DNA of 64,000 nt from the human T2T-CHM13v2.0 reference genome, Homo sapiens, in the NCBI RefSeq assembly GCF_009914755.1, contig NC_060948.1, one strand, 5' to 3'. The notes below the pieces were generated by a model that did no database searches, was not told the DNA's origin, and saw only the letters and a program-made list of their open reading frames with translations. The position numbers were made by a program, and so were the translations under genes. This document shows, piece by piece, positions 52,407 through 64,000 of this stretch. Position 1 is the first letter of the stretch. The number at the start of each line of letters is the position of its first letter.

Positions 52407-55400
52407 TTGAACACCCATGCAGCCATCCAACATTCACAACATTCCCACAGAAACACAGGCTGGCAGATCCTCAGGTGGTATGGTTTTGCAGAAGTCCCAT
52501 ATTGGAGACAGCAACCCTGAAGAACACAGGTGGGCTGTACCCATATATCGCAGTTGGGCCAGTTCTGAAAAGACCCACCCCTACAACATCTAGGCAGGAC
52601 TGAGGAATCCTACAGATCCCTTTGGATCCTTAAGGTTTTTGTGGATTATTCCTGGGGCTGTGCTTGATGTTTCTTCATGCTAGCTCACCTCTGCCTTCTA
52701 CTTGAATCATGGGACTATCCTGTGTAACACAGAGAGAAGACAGGTGAAAGTCCACTGCCGAAGCACCTTCAAGGACGTCTCCTTATCTGCCAAGCCACAG
52801 GAACTTGTCCCTAGGCAATGGCGATATTCACTGTGAGGCTAGCCAGAGCTCACAATCAGGCCTGGTACCCTGGGACAGGCATATGCACATTCATGAGGCA
52901 GGCTCAGGTGTCCATCTGCAGGAGCTGTCAACCTGCCTAAACAGAAGAAAATTGTACAGGCAGAGCCAGTCTGGTTTCAGGAATTATGATACCTGCAAAA
53001 AACCACTGTGGGACCTTAAAGTCTCCACTTTAGGGCCCCTTCAGCTTGTCTCCGTGGTCAGGTTCCACTGGAGGATAAGGCATTTTCAGACTGTGTGGTG
53101 GTCGATGGAAACAGCTCTTGTGAGTCCATTAACAAAAGAGGCTGTGTGCAAGAATCAGGTCCTATGGGGTCTAGAATACAGTCTCGTGTGTTCTTGAGGG
53201 ATCTTTGGATGATTGATAGGTTCATACCTGAGACCCCAGAGGTGGGTGTCAGCAAAAGATGGCCAGGATCCTCACCCCACTGCTACCCTTCATCAGGGGC
53301 CTCACAGGGGCTCTCTGAAAAAGGCAGGAACCATGACAAAGGCAAGTCCAAGGTGGAGCAGTGTTGTCACTCCTCAGACTTGCCTCTCATGGGTGCAGAT
53401 GAGGTTGATACACTGTCTCAGAGGCTGTCTGTGGTGAGAGCAAGCCTGAAAAGTGTATCCAGTAGTGCTGTTGAGGAGCACTGTGGATTCCCCTTGAAAG
53501 AAAAGAAAAATGAAAAAATTAAGGCTGCCCTGAGAGAATAAGTTGCCTTGTGCTGGAGTCCAAGCAATGTTCAATGATTCCTGTCAGAGGAACCAAAACC
53601 TTCCTGCAAAGTGCAAATAATATCAGCCCCTACAATGAAACAACAAACCACAACCTGGAGCACAGCCAGCATACACAAAGTCCCTTTTGCTGTCTGAAAT
53701 CCGTAGCAGCTAAATAATCTGTGGTGACAGGCAGCACCATCCAGCAACACACCAATGAAAGAACCCCTCCACTATGAGAAGGCCATGCAGATGAAATGAA
53801 ACAAAGGTTAGATTACCAGGCAGAAGCCAGACATGGCTGCCTGCTTCTCATCCTATAGGAACCATGCAGCCCTCTGATATAAGTGAGAGAACAACAGTTT
53901 CCTTGTTGGTGACTGTAACAGGAATTTACAATTTTAAAAATACCAAAGCTGCCCAGTCATTAAAATGTGACAGTGTTTAGAAGGAAACTCACACAATGGA
54001 TTCCCATGAGGGTCATTTTTTGTGAACTGGGAAACATTTAGTGTGGAAGTCGTTGAGCCAGACCCAGGAAACCCTAGGCCAACGAAGATAATGGAAGTCA
54101 GGAAAAGAAGAGGCAAGTGTGGAGGCCACATCCCCCCAGCCCAGCATCAATCTATTTCACTCTCATTTGGCTCCAGGTATCAAAGCCCTCAAATCAGGAG
54201 TTTGCTGTGATGGCCCTTATTTGCACTCCAAATGTTCCTTGCACGTTGGAGTACTTTCACCTGAACACCAGCCCATGGTGTGAACAGCTTGTGCAATTAA
54301 GGTGTTGCAGGGAAGGGGTTGGAAGCACCTGCTGTGTCATCTGTCTTCAATTTTTTTGCAGGTGACTTTGTGGGAATGCATTAACTTCTCAGCAAATTGT
54401 ATCCTCACTCCAATCTGACTTTCTTGCTGCTCACACCCTATATCCCGTGATGAAAATGCAAGACTATGGAGGAGTGCCCCCTCACAACTTGAAGCACCTG
54501 CTCAACTGGGACCTGAATTTGTGGTAAATTCAAAGAACCCCTTAGATAGGACTGCTAGTGTCTCTCCCTGAGTTGGTCACAGGACACTGAAACATTCAGA
54601 AATGTATATTTTTTGGTGTGGTGTGCTCCTATTATTTCTAGAAGACTGGGATTTTTTGCAGGGGAAGGTGATTTGTGTGCTAGTCGGTCTCAGCCTGCCT
54701 TTCAATTCACTGCAGATTCTGATCCACAGAAAAATAAAGAACACTGAGTCCCACTGCCAAAGCAGAGTAACACATACAGGCCACCAAAAGGTTTGGAGAC
54801 TCAATAAAAAGAAGTGCTAATGTGCATTAGACAAATTCCTTTAAGCTGACCCTAGTTATAGTCACACACACACACACAATGCCACACACACATGCAGACA
54901 TCTAACACTCGCAACACTCCAACAGAAACACAGAGCCTGACAGCTCCTGAGGCTGCTTGGTTCTGCAGGAAGCCACACCTGGCATAGAGTAATCCCAGGG
55001 AACACAGGTGGAAGGCACCTGGAAATCACAGTGGGGCAAGTTTCAAAAAGACTCACCCCTCCAATGTCTAGGCAGACTTGAGGAATCCTGCATATCCTTT
55101 TAGATCCTTAGGGATTTCGTGGTGTATTCCTGGAGCTCTACTTGATGATTCTTTTGGCTGACTCATGTCTGCCCGCTCCTGGGATCATGGGACTATCCCA
55201 TGGATCCTACAGAACAGACAGGTGAGTGTCCACCACTGACACATCTCCACGGAGGTCTCTTTCTTCATCAAGGCACAGAGGCTTGTCACTAGGCAATAGT
55301 GACCTTCATTGTGACTAGCCAGAGCTCACAATCAAGCCTAGTACCCTGAAACTAGTGCATGCGCATTCATGAGGAAGGCTTGGGTGCCTGGCTGTCAGAG

Positions 55401-58400
55401 CTGCCAACCTGTCTAAGCAGAGGAAAATGGTACAGGCAGAGCTGGCCTGGTATCCAGAAACAGGCTGCCTGTGATAACCTACTGCAGGATGCTAAAATTC
55501 TCGACTTCGGGGCCCGTTCAGGCCATCTCCATGGTCAAGTCCCACTGGCAGGCCACTGGAATCTGCCCTTCTGACTCCATTCCTGAAACAGTCTGTGTGC
55601 AAGAATATTTTCCCATGGGGATTGGAATATAGTCTGGTATGTTGTTGAGGGTTTTTTGGGTGATAGAATCATACCTGAGACAGCAGAGGCTGGTGTTAGC
55701 AAAAAATGGCCATACTCTAGATGTCACTGCCTCCCTTTACCCTGGGCTTCACAGGGGCTCTCTCAGACAGGCAGAAACCACAGCAAACACAAGTCCAAAG
55801 TAGAGCAGTGTTCTCACACCTCAGACTGGCCTTTCACTTGTGCAGATGAGGTTGAGACAGTCTCTCAGAGGCCATCAGCATCTATGGCAAGCCTGAAGAA
55901 GGTGTCCAGCTGTGCTATTGAGGGGCACTGTGGATTTCCCATGAAAGCAAAGAAAAATTAAGGCTCAATTCAGAAAAAGAGATGCCTTATGCTGGAGTCC
56001 AAACAATGTTCAATGATTCCTGTTAGAGTACCCAAAAGCCTCCTGCAAACTGCAAACAACCTCAAGCCATGCAAAGAGACAATGATCCACAACCTGGAGC
56101 ACAGACAGCCCACATTAAGTCCATTTTGGTCTCTGAAATTTCTGGCAACAAAATAATCTGTAGTGAGATCTCTCCCTCCCAATGATAGAGCTTCTCCACA
56201 ATGAGAAGGTCAGGCAGATGAAATGAAACTAAGGCTACATTACCAGGACAAAGCCAGACATGGTTGCCAGCTTCTCATTCTATGGGAATCATGCAGCCCT
56301 CTGATGGAAGTGAAGAAACAAGCATTTTCTTGTGGTGGCTGGAATGGGAATTTACAATTTTAAAAGTATCAAAGCTGCCCAGTCATTAAAATGTGACAGG
56401 TTTTAGAAGAAAATACCCATGCAATGGATTACTATGAGGGTCATACTCCATGAACTGATAAACATTTAGTGTGGAAGTTGTTGAGCAAGAACCAGGAAAC
56501 ACTAGGCCAATGAGGAACATGGAAGTCAAAAAAATAAGAGGCAAGTGTGAAAGCAACATTCCACCCAGCATCAAGCCTTTCCACTTCCATTTGGCCCTAG
56601 GTATGAAAAAATTCAGATAGGGAGTTTGCCAAGATGGTCCCAATTTGCAGTCCAAATGTTCCTTGCACGTTGAAGTACGATGTGGACTGCTTGTACAATT
56701 AAGGGAATGCTGGGATGGAGTTGGAAGCACCTTCTGTGTCATCTGTCTTTTTTTTTCTTTTTTTTTTATTTGCAGATGAAGTTGCAGGACCCCATCCACT
56801 TCTCACCAGATTATATCCTCACCCCTATCTGACCTTATTGTGGCTCATACTTCTTGGCAATGAAAATAATTTGAAGTAAACTCAAGGGTAACCAAATGTT
56901 TGGGAGACTCAAAAAAAAAAAGAAGTACTGAAGTGCATTTGCCACATTCCTTTAAGAAGACTCCAGTTACAGGCAAACACACACACACTCACACCACACA
57001 CACAGAAACTCACAATGCCACACACATAAGCAGTCATCCAACAGTCACAACAATTTCACAGAAACACACAGCTCTGTAGCTCCTGAGTTTTGTTGATTCT
57101 GCAGGAACACACACCTGGGAGATAGCAACCCCAGAGAACACAGTCAAGATGTACATAGAAATCACAGTGGGGCAAGTTTCAAAAAGACTCACCCCTACAA
57201 CATCTTGGCAGACCTGAGAAGTCCTGCAGACATTTCTGATCATTAGGGATGTCATGGTTTATTGATTTATTACTGGGGCTCTGCTTGCAGTTTCTTCAGG
57301 CTGGCTCACATCTGCCCTCTCCTAGGATTATGCAACTATCCCATGTATCCCACAACGAAGACAGGTGAGAGTCCACTGCTAACGCACCTCCAGGGAGGTC
57401 TCCTTCTTTGGTAAGCCACAGGGACTTGTCCGTAGGCAATGGTGACATTCGTGGTGACACTAGCCAGAGCTCACAATCATGCCTGATGCCCTGAGACTGG
57501 AGCATGAGCATTCATGTGGCAAGATGGGACACCCAGCTGTAAGAGCTGTCAGCCTGTCTAAGCAGAAGAAAATGATACAGACAGAGCCAGCCTGGTTTCA
57601 GGAAAAAGGCTGCCTATGAAAACCCACTTTAAGACCATGAAAATCTCAACCTCAGGGCACCTTTGAGCCATCTCCATCATCAGGTACCACTGCAGGAAGA
57701 GGTATTTCATGACTGCAAGGTGTTTGTTAGAAACTGCCCTTCTGGCTCCATTCCCAAAAGAGTCCTTGTGCAGGAATCAGGTCCCATGGGTATTGGAATA
57801 TAGTCTGGTGTGTTTTTGAGGATTCTTTGGGTGATTGAATTACACCTCAGACCCCAGAACTAGGTGTCAGTGAAAGATAGCTGGGCTCTGGACCTCACTG
57901 CCTCTCTTCACCCTGGGCCTCACAGGGGCTTTCTGGGAAAGGCAGAAACCATGACAAAGGCAAGTCCAAAGCAGAGCAGTGTTTCACACCTCGGACTGTC
58001 CTCTCATTGGTGCACATAAGGTTGAGACAGTGTCTCAGAGGCCATCTGTGGTGATGGCCAGCCTGAAAAGGGTGTCCAGTAGTCCAGAGGGGCACTGTGG
58101 ATTCCCCATGAAAGAAAAGAACAATCAAGAGTTGCCTAAGAGAATGAGATACCTTTTGCTGGAGTTTAAGCAATGTTCAATGATTCTTGTCACAGAACAC
58201 AAAATTCTCCTGCAAAGTGCAAGCAACCTCAGCCCTGAGAAGGAGACAATCACCCACAACCTGGAGCACAGCCAGCCTATCCGAAGTCGTTTCACTTTTT
58301 GAAATCCCTGACAGCTACATAATCTGTGCTGAGAGGCAGTCGCATCCAACAAAAGCCCAGTGAAATACTCCCTGCACAATGAGAAAGGACATGAAGAAGC

Positions 58401-61400
58401 AATGAAACACAGCCTAGATTACCAGGCAAAAGCCAGACACTCCGGCCTGCTTCTCATACCGCAGGAATCATGCTATCCTCTGATAGAAGTTGGAGAACAA
58501 AAATTTACCTGCTGGCATCTGTAATGGGAATCTATGGTTTTAGATGTATCAAAGCAGCCTGGTCATTAAAACATGACAGTGTTTAGAAGGAAACACTCAC
58601 GCAAGGGATTCCCATGAGTGTCATCCTCCATGAACTGGGAAATATTTAGTGTGCAAGACATTCCCAGGAAACCCTAGACCGAAGAGGAACATGCAAGTCA
58701 GGAAAGGAAGAGGCAAATATGGAGACCACATCCCAACTGGGATCAATCCATCCCACTCTGGGAGTTTGCCATGATGTCCCCAGTTTTCTCTCAATATTAC
58801 CTGCACATTGGAGTACTCCCAGATGAATGCGGGTCCATAGTGTAGACTGCTGGTATAATTAAGGGAATGCAGCAATGCAGTTGGAAGCAACTTCTGTGTC
58901 ATCTGTCCTCACCTTTTTGCAGGTGAAGGTGTTGGACCCCATCAACCCCTCACCAGATTGTATCCTCACCCCTCACTTACCTTATTGCTGCTCACACTCT
59001 CTGCCAGAATGAAACCCCAAGAAAATGGAAGAGTGTCCCCTGATGACTTTAAGCTCTTGTTCAGCTGGGAACCAAATTTGAGGTAAATTCAAGGAGTCCT
59101 GAGGACAAGACTGCTAGTATTTCTCACCTTAGGTTGGCCATGGGACTACAAAACAGTGGGAGATATCAGTTCTTGGGATTCAATATCTACACTGCGGATT
59201 CAATATCTACAGAGAAATTAAGAACAGGGAGCCACACAGCCCAAGCAGAACCACACATACAGGTGACCAAAATGTTGGGTTCTTAAAAAAAAAAAAAAAA
59301 GAGAGAGAGGAGTGCTGCAATGCATTTACCACATTACTTTAGGCAGGTTCCACTTACAGGGACACACTCCCACACATACACCCACAGATACACAAGGCCA
59401 CACATGCAAGCAGACACCCAATACTCGCAACACTCCCACAGAAACAAACAGCAAACCAGCTTCTGAGTCTGTGTAATTCTTCAGGAAGCCATACCTGGGA
59501 AAGATCAACCCCAGGGAACACAGGTGAGTTGTACCTAGTAATCATTTTGGGGCATATTTCAAAAAGAGTCACCCTTGTAACACCTAAGCAGTCCTCAGGC
59601 ATCCTGAAGACTGCTTTGTATCCTTAGGGATTTCATGGTTCATTCCTGCAAATCTGCTTGATGTTTCTTCGGGCTGGCTCACATCTACCCTCTACTAGAG
59701 TCATGGGACTGTCACGCAGATCCCACAGAGAAGATAGGCGAGAGTCCATGGCTGATGCATCTCCACGGAGGTCTTATTCTCTGCCAAGCCACAGGGACTT
59801 GTCACTAGGCAATGGTGGCATTTATTGTGTCACTAGCCAGAGCTCACTGCTCAGGCCTGGTGCTTTGAGACTAGCTCATGAGCATTCATGAGGCAGGCTC
59901 AGGTGTGTGGCTGTCAGAACTGTCAGCCTGCCTAAGCAGAGGAAAATGGTACAGGCAGAGCCAGCCTGGTATTGAGAAAAAAAAATTGCCTGCAATAACC
60001 TACTTGAGCCCCTAAAAATCTCTACCTTATTGTTCCTTCGGGTCATCTTGGTGGTGGGGTCCTGGCGAAGGAGGAAGTATTTAGAGACTGTGAGATGGTC
60101 GCTGGAAACTGCTCTTCTGACTCCATTCCCAGAAGAGGCTGTGTGCAAGAATCAGGTCACATGGGGATTGGAAAAGGGTCCAGTGAGTTGTTGAGGGTTC
60201 TTTATGTGATGGAATCATAAATGAGACCCCAGAGATGGGTGTCTGTGAAAGATTGCTGGGTTCTTGACCTCACTGCCTCTCTTTACCCTGGGCCTCACAG
60301 GAGCTCTCCGGGATAGGCAGGAACCACTACAAAGTCAATTTCAAGGTGGAGCAGTGTTCCCTCACCTTGAACTGGCCTCGTGTGTGGGTAGATGAGTTTG
60401 TGACAGTGTCTCAGAGGCCATCTGTGGTGATTGCAAACCTGAAAATGGTGTCCAGTAGTGCTGTTGGCAGGCAATGTAGAACTCCATGAAAGCCAAGAAA
60501 AATCAGTGCTTACCTGAGAGAATGAGCTGCCTTGTGCTGGAGTACAAGCAATGTTCAATGAGTCTTGTCAGAGGACACAAAATTCTCTTGCAAAGTGCAA
60601 ACATCCTCAGCCCCACAATGTGACCACAACCCACAACCTGAAGTTCAGCCAGTCTATCCGAAGTCTTTTTTACTTCTGAAATCCCTTGCTTCCAAAAGAT
60701 CTGTAGTGAGAGACAGTCCCATCCAGCAACAGCCAATTGAAGGAGATCTATGACAATGAGAAAGGACGTGCAGAAGAAATGAAACAGAGCCTAGATTACC
60801 AGGCAAATGTTAGATGTGGTTGCCTGCTTCTCACTCCATAGGAGTCATGCCACCCTTTGATTGAAGTGGGAAAACAAGAGTTTACCTGTTGGTGGCTCTA
60901 CAGGAATTTATGGTTTTTAAAGTATCAAAGCTGTCGAGTCATTAAAACCTGACAGTGTTTTGAAGAAAATACTCACACAATGGATTCCCATGAGGGTCAT
61001 CCTTTGTGAACTAGGAAATGGTTAGTGTGGAAGACAGTGAGCCAGAACAAGGAAACCCTAATTTGATGAGGAACATGGAAGTCAGAAAAAAGGAGGCAAC
61101 TCTGGAGGCCATATCTCACCCAGCATCAATCCATCCCACTCCCATTTGGCCCCATGTAAGAAAGCCCTCAAAGTGCAAAGCCCCAGTTTGCAGTCCATAT
61201 GTTCATGGCACGTTGGAAAACTCCCACTTGAACACCGGGTCATGGTTTGCACTGCTTGTGCTCTTAAGGGAATGCGGGGATGCAATTGAAAGCAACTTCT
61301 GTGTCATCTGTCTTCACCTTCTTTTCAGGTGAAAGTGTGGGACACAATCCACACCTCACCAGACTGTATCCTCTACCCTATCTGACCTTATTTCTGCTCA

Positions 61401-61667
61401 CACTTTCTGTTTCAGAATGAAATCCCAAGACACTGGAGTAGTGCCCCCTCAACTCACGACATTAAGCACCTGCTTGGCTGTTCTCATATATTGATTAATC
61501 ATAATTATAGTTGTTTACATTCATTGTGAAACACAATGTTCCATATTTCTTCCTTCTTCTCCATCATTTATTTTCTTCTCAGATTAGTTATAGTTTTGTC
61601 AAATATATGAAATAAGGTAACACTGCAGTATTTCAGAAAGCACACTGCATTGGAAACAGACTCATAT

Positions 61668-62297
61668 TGAAATGGGAAAACATCCCTTACTCCCCACAGC
61701 CAGGCAAGGAATGAGGACAGGTTGTGGGACTCCGACCACAGGCAGCATCTAGGGGTGAATGCTTACAGCTCCTGAATCCCTAGTGGGTATGTGTTACACG
61801 TTGTTAATTTAGTTTATCCATCTGTAAGCGGCTTATGTTAGCTCAATTAGACACCGTACTTTACTACAAAGACAGAGGGATTTCTGGATCCCAGGGTTTC
61901 CTGCCTTGGTGTACCTGAAGAATTGTCCTGTCTCACACTTGGGCTTGGAGAATAAGTGCAAGGTTTCATTGAGTGGAAGTTCTCAACAGATGGATGGGGA
62001 GCCAGAAGGGAGATGGAGTGGAAAGGTGGTTTTGATTTGGAATGAGGCAGCTCAGCACTGTCCTCCCACAGCCCCGCAGAACTCTGTGTTCTTCTGCAGT
62101 GGATGGCCCACCACCTCAGTCTTTGTGCTCTCCTTTCTCTGGTGTCCCCTCAAGGTCCAGTTGCTGTGTCTTGCTCTGCTGATGGTTCCTCTCAATGTCC
62201 AGCTGCTGTGTCTCTGCCTACTAGCATCTCAGGGTTTCTGATAGCACAGGATGGGGGTAAGTCAGGCCAGGTTGTTCTTGGAAAATGCAATGCTAAG

Positions 62298-62334
<37 letters not shown>

Positions 62335-62479
62335 AGAACCGCATGTCCTCACCAATTTGGGCAGGAAAACAGAAGTGCGTGTCCTCACCTAGGTCAGTGA
62401 GCACAGGCCTGAGTATGGAGGCCTAGCTAAGAGCCACACCTTCCTCTACCGGGCACTTTCCTGCCCCCATTCCATATCT
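61668..62479 (-). mobile_element. Solo ERV1 LTR (LTR1/LTR28/MER52/MER61-like group), antisense
   Basis: GC-richer island starting TGAAATGGGAAAA and ending CCATATC(T), flanked by a candidate 4-bp TSD ATAT (61664-61667 and 62480-62483). Decayed minus-strand poly(A) signal at ~61964-61969. Subfamily is uncertain and from recall. Confidence 0.7.
62300..62333. repeat. A34 homopolymer inside the solo LTR
   Basis: Read directly from the sequence. Confidence 0.95.
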
Positions 62480-62547
62480 ATATATCTATATCTATATCTA
62501 TATCTATATCTATATCTATATCTATCTATCTATATATATATATATAT
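62474..62547. repeat. (TATATC)n / (TA)n compound microsatellite
   Basis: Read directly; it begins at the LTR terminus and TSD. Confidence 0.95.
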
Positions 62548-63698
62548 TTAATTTAAAACCAAAAATAGTATCAAAATCCTTTTGAGAAGACCACTGGAGA
62601 AAAAGGCATTAGAAGAGTCAGCCTAGGATTAGGGTCACTACACAGAAAATTGAATCACAGAGTATGTCCTGCAGGCCATGGAATCACTGCAGAAACATAT
62701 CCCCTACTGAGAAGGAGAGGGAAACAAACTATATTCTCTCATCTTTTTGTTCTCTAATCTCTGCAGTGGCACTCCTTGACTGAGCTGAAACAGGAAGTAA
62801 TTTTTATAGGAGACTAGGAACCATATCTCCCAAGGGCCATGCCTCTCTATTACAGAACAGTGCCAGAGAGAGGTGACTGATGTATCTCTGGGCATACAAA
62901 CCCAGGACCTCACACAAAGGACTATCAGAGACAATTATAGTATCAAGGGATCAAGAGAGAAGTAGTCTGAGAAACGACTCATGCGTGATATTTGTGAAAA
63001 GACCAAAACATAAAACAGAGCTTATGAGGTAGTAAACATAACAAGAACTTACAGAAAAGCAGGCAAAATTGTAAAGTCCAGGCTATTTACCTTTCCTTTA
63101 TAGGATTTTGAAATCCTCTTCCAGAATCCTTTTCCCAATAACTTCCATTCATGGATTCATTCATGAAATATTTATTGAGCTAGTATGGTCTAAGAATTGG
63201 GCCAAATGCATCATATGCTCTGTTAGAACTTCTGTCATTGATAGAAAGAATGTTTCTTTTTTTCTACCATGTTTTTCTCCAAACATTCTTGCAAATTCAT
63301 ATCCTTACAGATGTGGTAAATTGTTCTTGCCCTAAGAAGGTTCCCCAAACCCCTGTAAACCCAGTTAAGAATTTCCTTCCTCTCCAACTAAGTTACTAAA
63401 TTGCATATATTGTAACACTTGTCAGAGTACATTGCAATTATTGCTCTTCTCTTCATCCTCCAATTAAACTATGAATATTTTGAAAGAAAAGCCTATAAAC
63501 ACAATGGCTTGACATTTGTCAATATTTATTGCACAAAAGTTATTAGATATTTACATATAATATTCTAATGTATTTGTCCTAATTTTTGGAAAACAATATA
63601 AACAATGTTCACTGACTGTTCCCAATGAACTGCTCAACTTTAAACAATGTCTATGCATTTAGAGCAGTCATACACACTTCCAAAAAATGCCTGAAAGT

Positions 63699-64000
63699 GT
63701 TTTTATTTTAATTTAATATGTTTTTTATATTGAATTATTTTGTAGAGGCAAAGTGTTGCCACGTGGCTCAGGCTGAAATGCAGGGTGCAATCACAGCTAA
63801 CTTCAACCTTGAACTCCTGAGTAAACAGTACAATAGATGTGTGACATCATGCTCAATTTAATTAATTAAATAATTAATTTCATTTTAGAGATAGCTGTTA
63901 CTATGTTTCCTGTTCTGGTGTCAAAATCTGGGTTTGAAGCTGTCCTCCCTACTCAGTTTCCTGAAGGGCTGAAATTCCAGACATGAATGACCAGACCTCA
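63699..64000 (-). mobile_element. Old, highly diverged Alu (AluJ-like), antisense, with an internal deletion, running to the window end
   Basis: T-rich tail, then gctcaggctgaaatgcagggtgcaatcacagct...aaccttgaactcctg (antisense right arm), an AT-rich linker and a degenerate left arm. Confidence 0.75.

Larger units (their letters stand above)
4566..61480. repeat. Diverged tandem macrosatellite, ~2.4-2.5 kb monomer; probable Y-chromosome NORF / SST1(MER22)-related array
   Basis: The anchor motif ctccacttacaggcacac plus a CA tract recurs at about 5130, 7521, 9895, 12342, 14810, 14970, 15685, 18211, 22363, 24842, 27381, 29913, 33481, 34508, 36961, 40165, 40922, 44001, 46388, 48700, 49904, 52347, 54851, 56961 and 59348. 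Unrearranged spacings are ~2370-2540 bp. Copies are visibly divergent and CpG-decayed. The tandem structure is certain; the family name is from recall of the published 2.48-kb NORF unit. Confidence 0.9.
4635..61480 (+). ncRNA. Possible exons of spliced TTTY-type long non-coding transcripts; which monomers are used is unknown
   Basis: Acceptor/donor pairs recur in the monomers (161-nt unit at 4635-4795 and 26903-27063; 65-nt unit at 57300-57364). NORF arrays are known to host spliced TTTY RNAs. No expression evidence is available here. Confidence 0.35.

Noticed and set aside
7326-52520. His/Thr-rich (HTHT) and Cys/Val-rich (CVCV) peptides as metal-binding proteins
   Set aside because: These are translation artefacts of (CA)n/(TG)n tracts.
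4566-61480. Hundreds of 60-200 aa ORFs on both strands as protein-coding genes
   Set aside because: They are translations of the same satellite monomer in several frames, with non-ATG starts, scattered stops and frameshifts, and no recognisable domain.
4566-61480. CRISPR array or prokaryotic defence/retroelement system
   Set aside because: Repeats are kilobase monomers without unique spacers. The context (Alu, ERV, CpG depletion) is primate, and the only RT is a broken retroviral pol.
4566-61480. Assigning a specific TTTY gene symbol, species or coordinates
   Set aside because: Cannot be determined from the sequence alone; it needs alignment to a reference assembly.

Overview
Primate, non-coding, repeat-dominated genomic DNA with no credible intact protein-coding gene. 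(1) 1-4565: 3' part of a decayed class I (gamma-like) endogenous provirus most similar to HERV-E (gag, pro-pol, env remnants, PPT, 3' LTR), inserted into a satellite monomer. (2) 4566-61480: a 57-kb head-to-tail array of a diverged ~2.4-2.5 kb monomer (about 23 monomer-equivalents). From recall it fits the 2.48-kb NORF/SST1-related repeat of the human/great-ape Y ampliconic region that hosts spliced TTTY non-coding transcripts; this was not verified by search. The array carries many rearrangement scars: a young 764-bp inverted duplication (36974-37738 / 38131-38894), fold-back and templated insertions at junctions, a tiny L1-type retro-insertion with a 15-bp TSD, and an older duplication at ~6 kb offset. 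(3) 61481-64000: AT-rich flank with a minus-strand solo ERV1 LTR, microsatellites and an old Alu. I found no evidence of a new protein-based system. The most notable signals are the palindrome, the repair scars and the splice signals repeated in every monomer.
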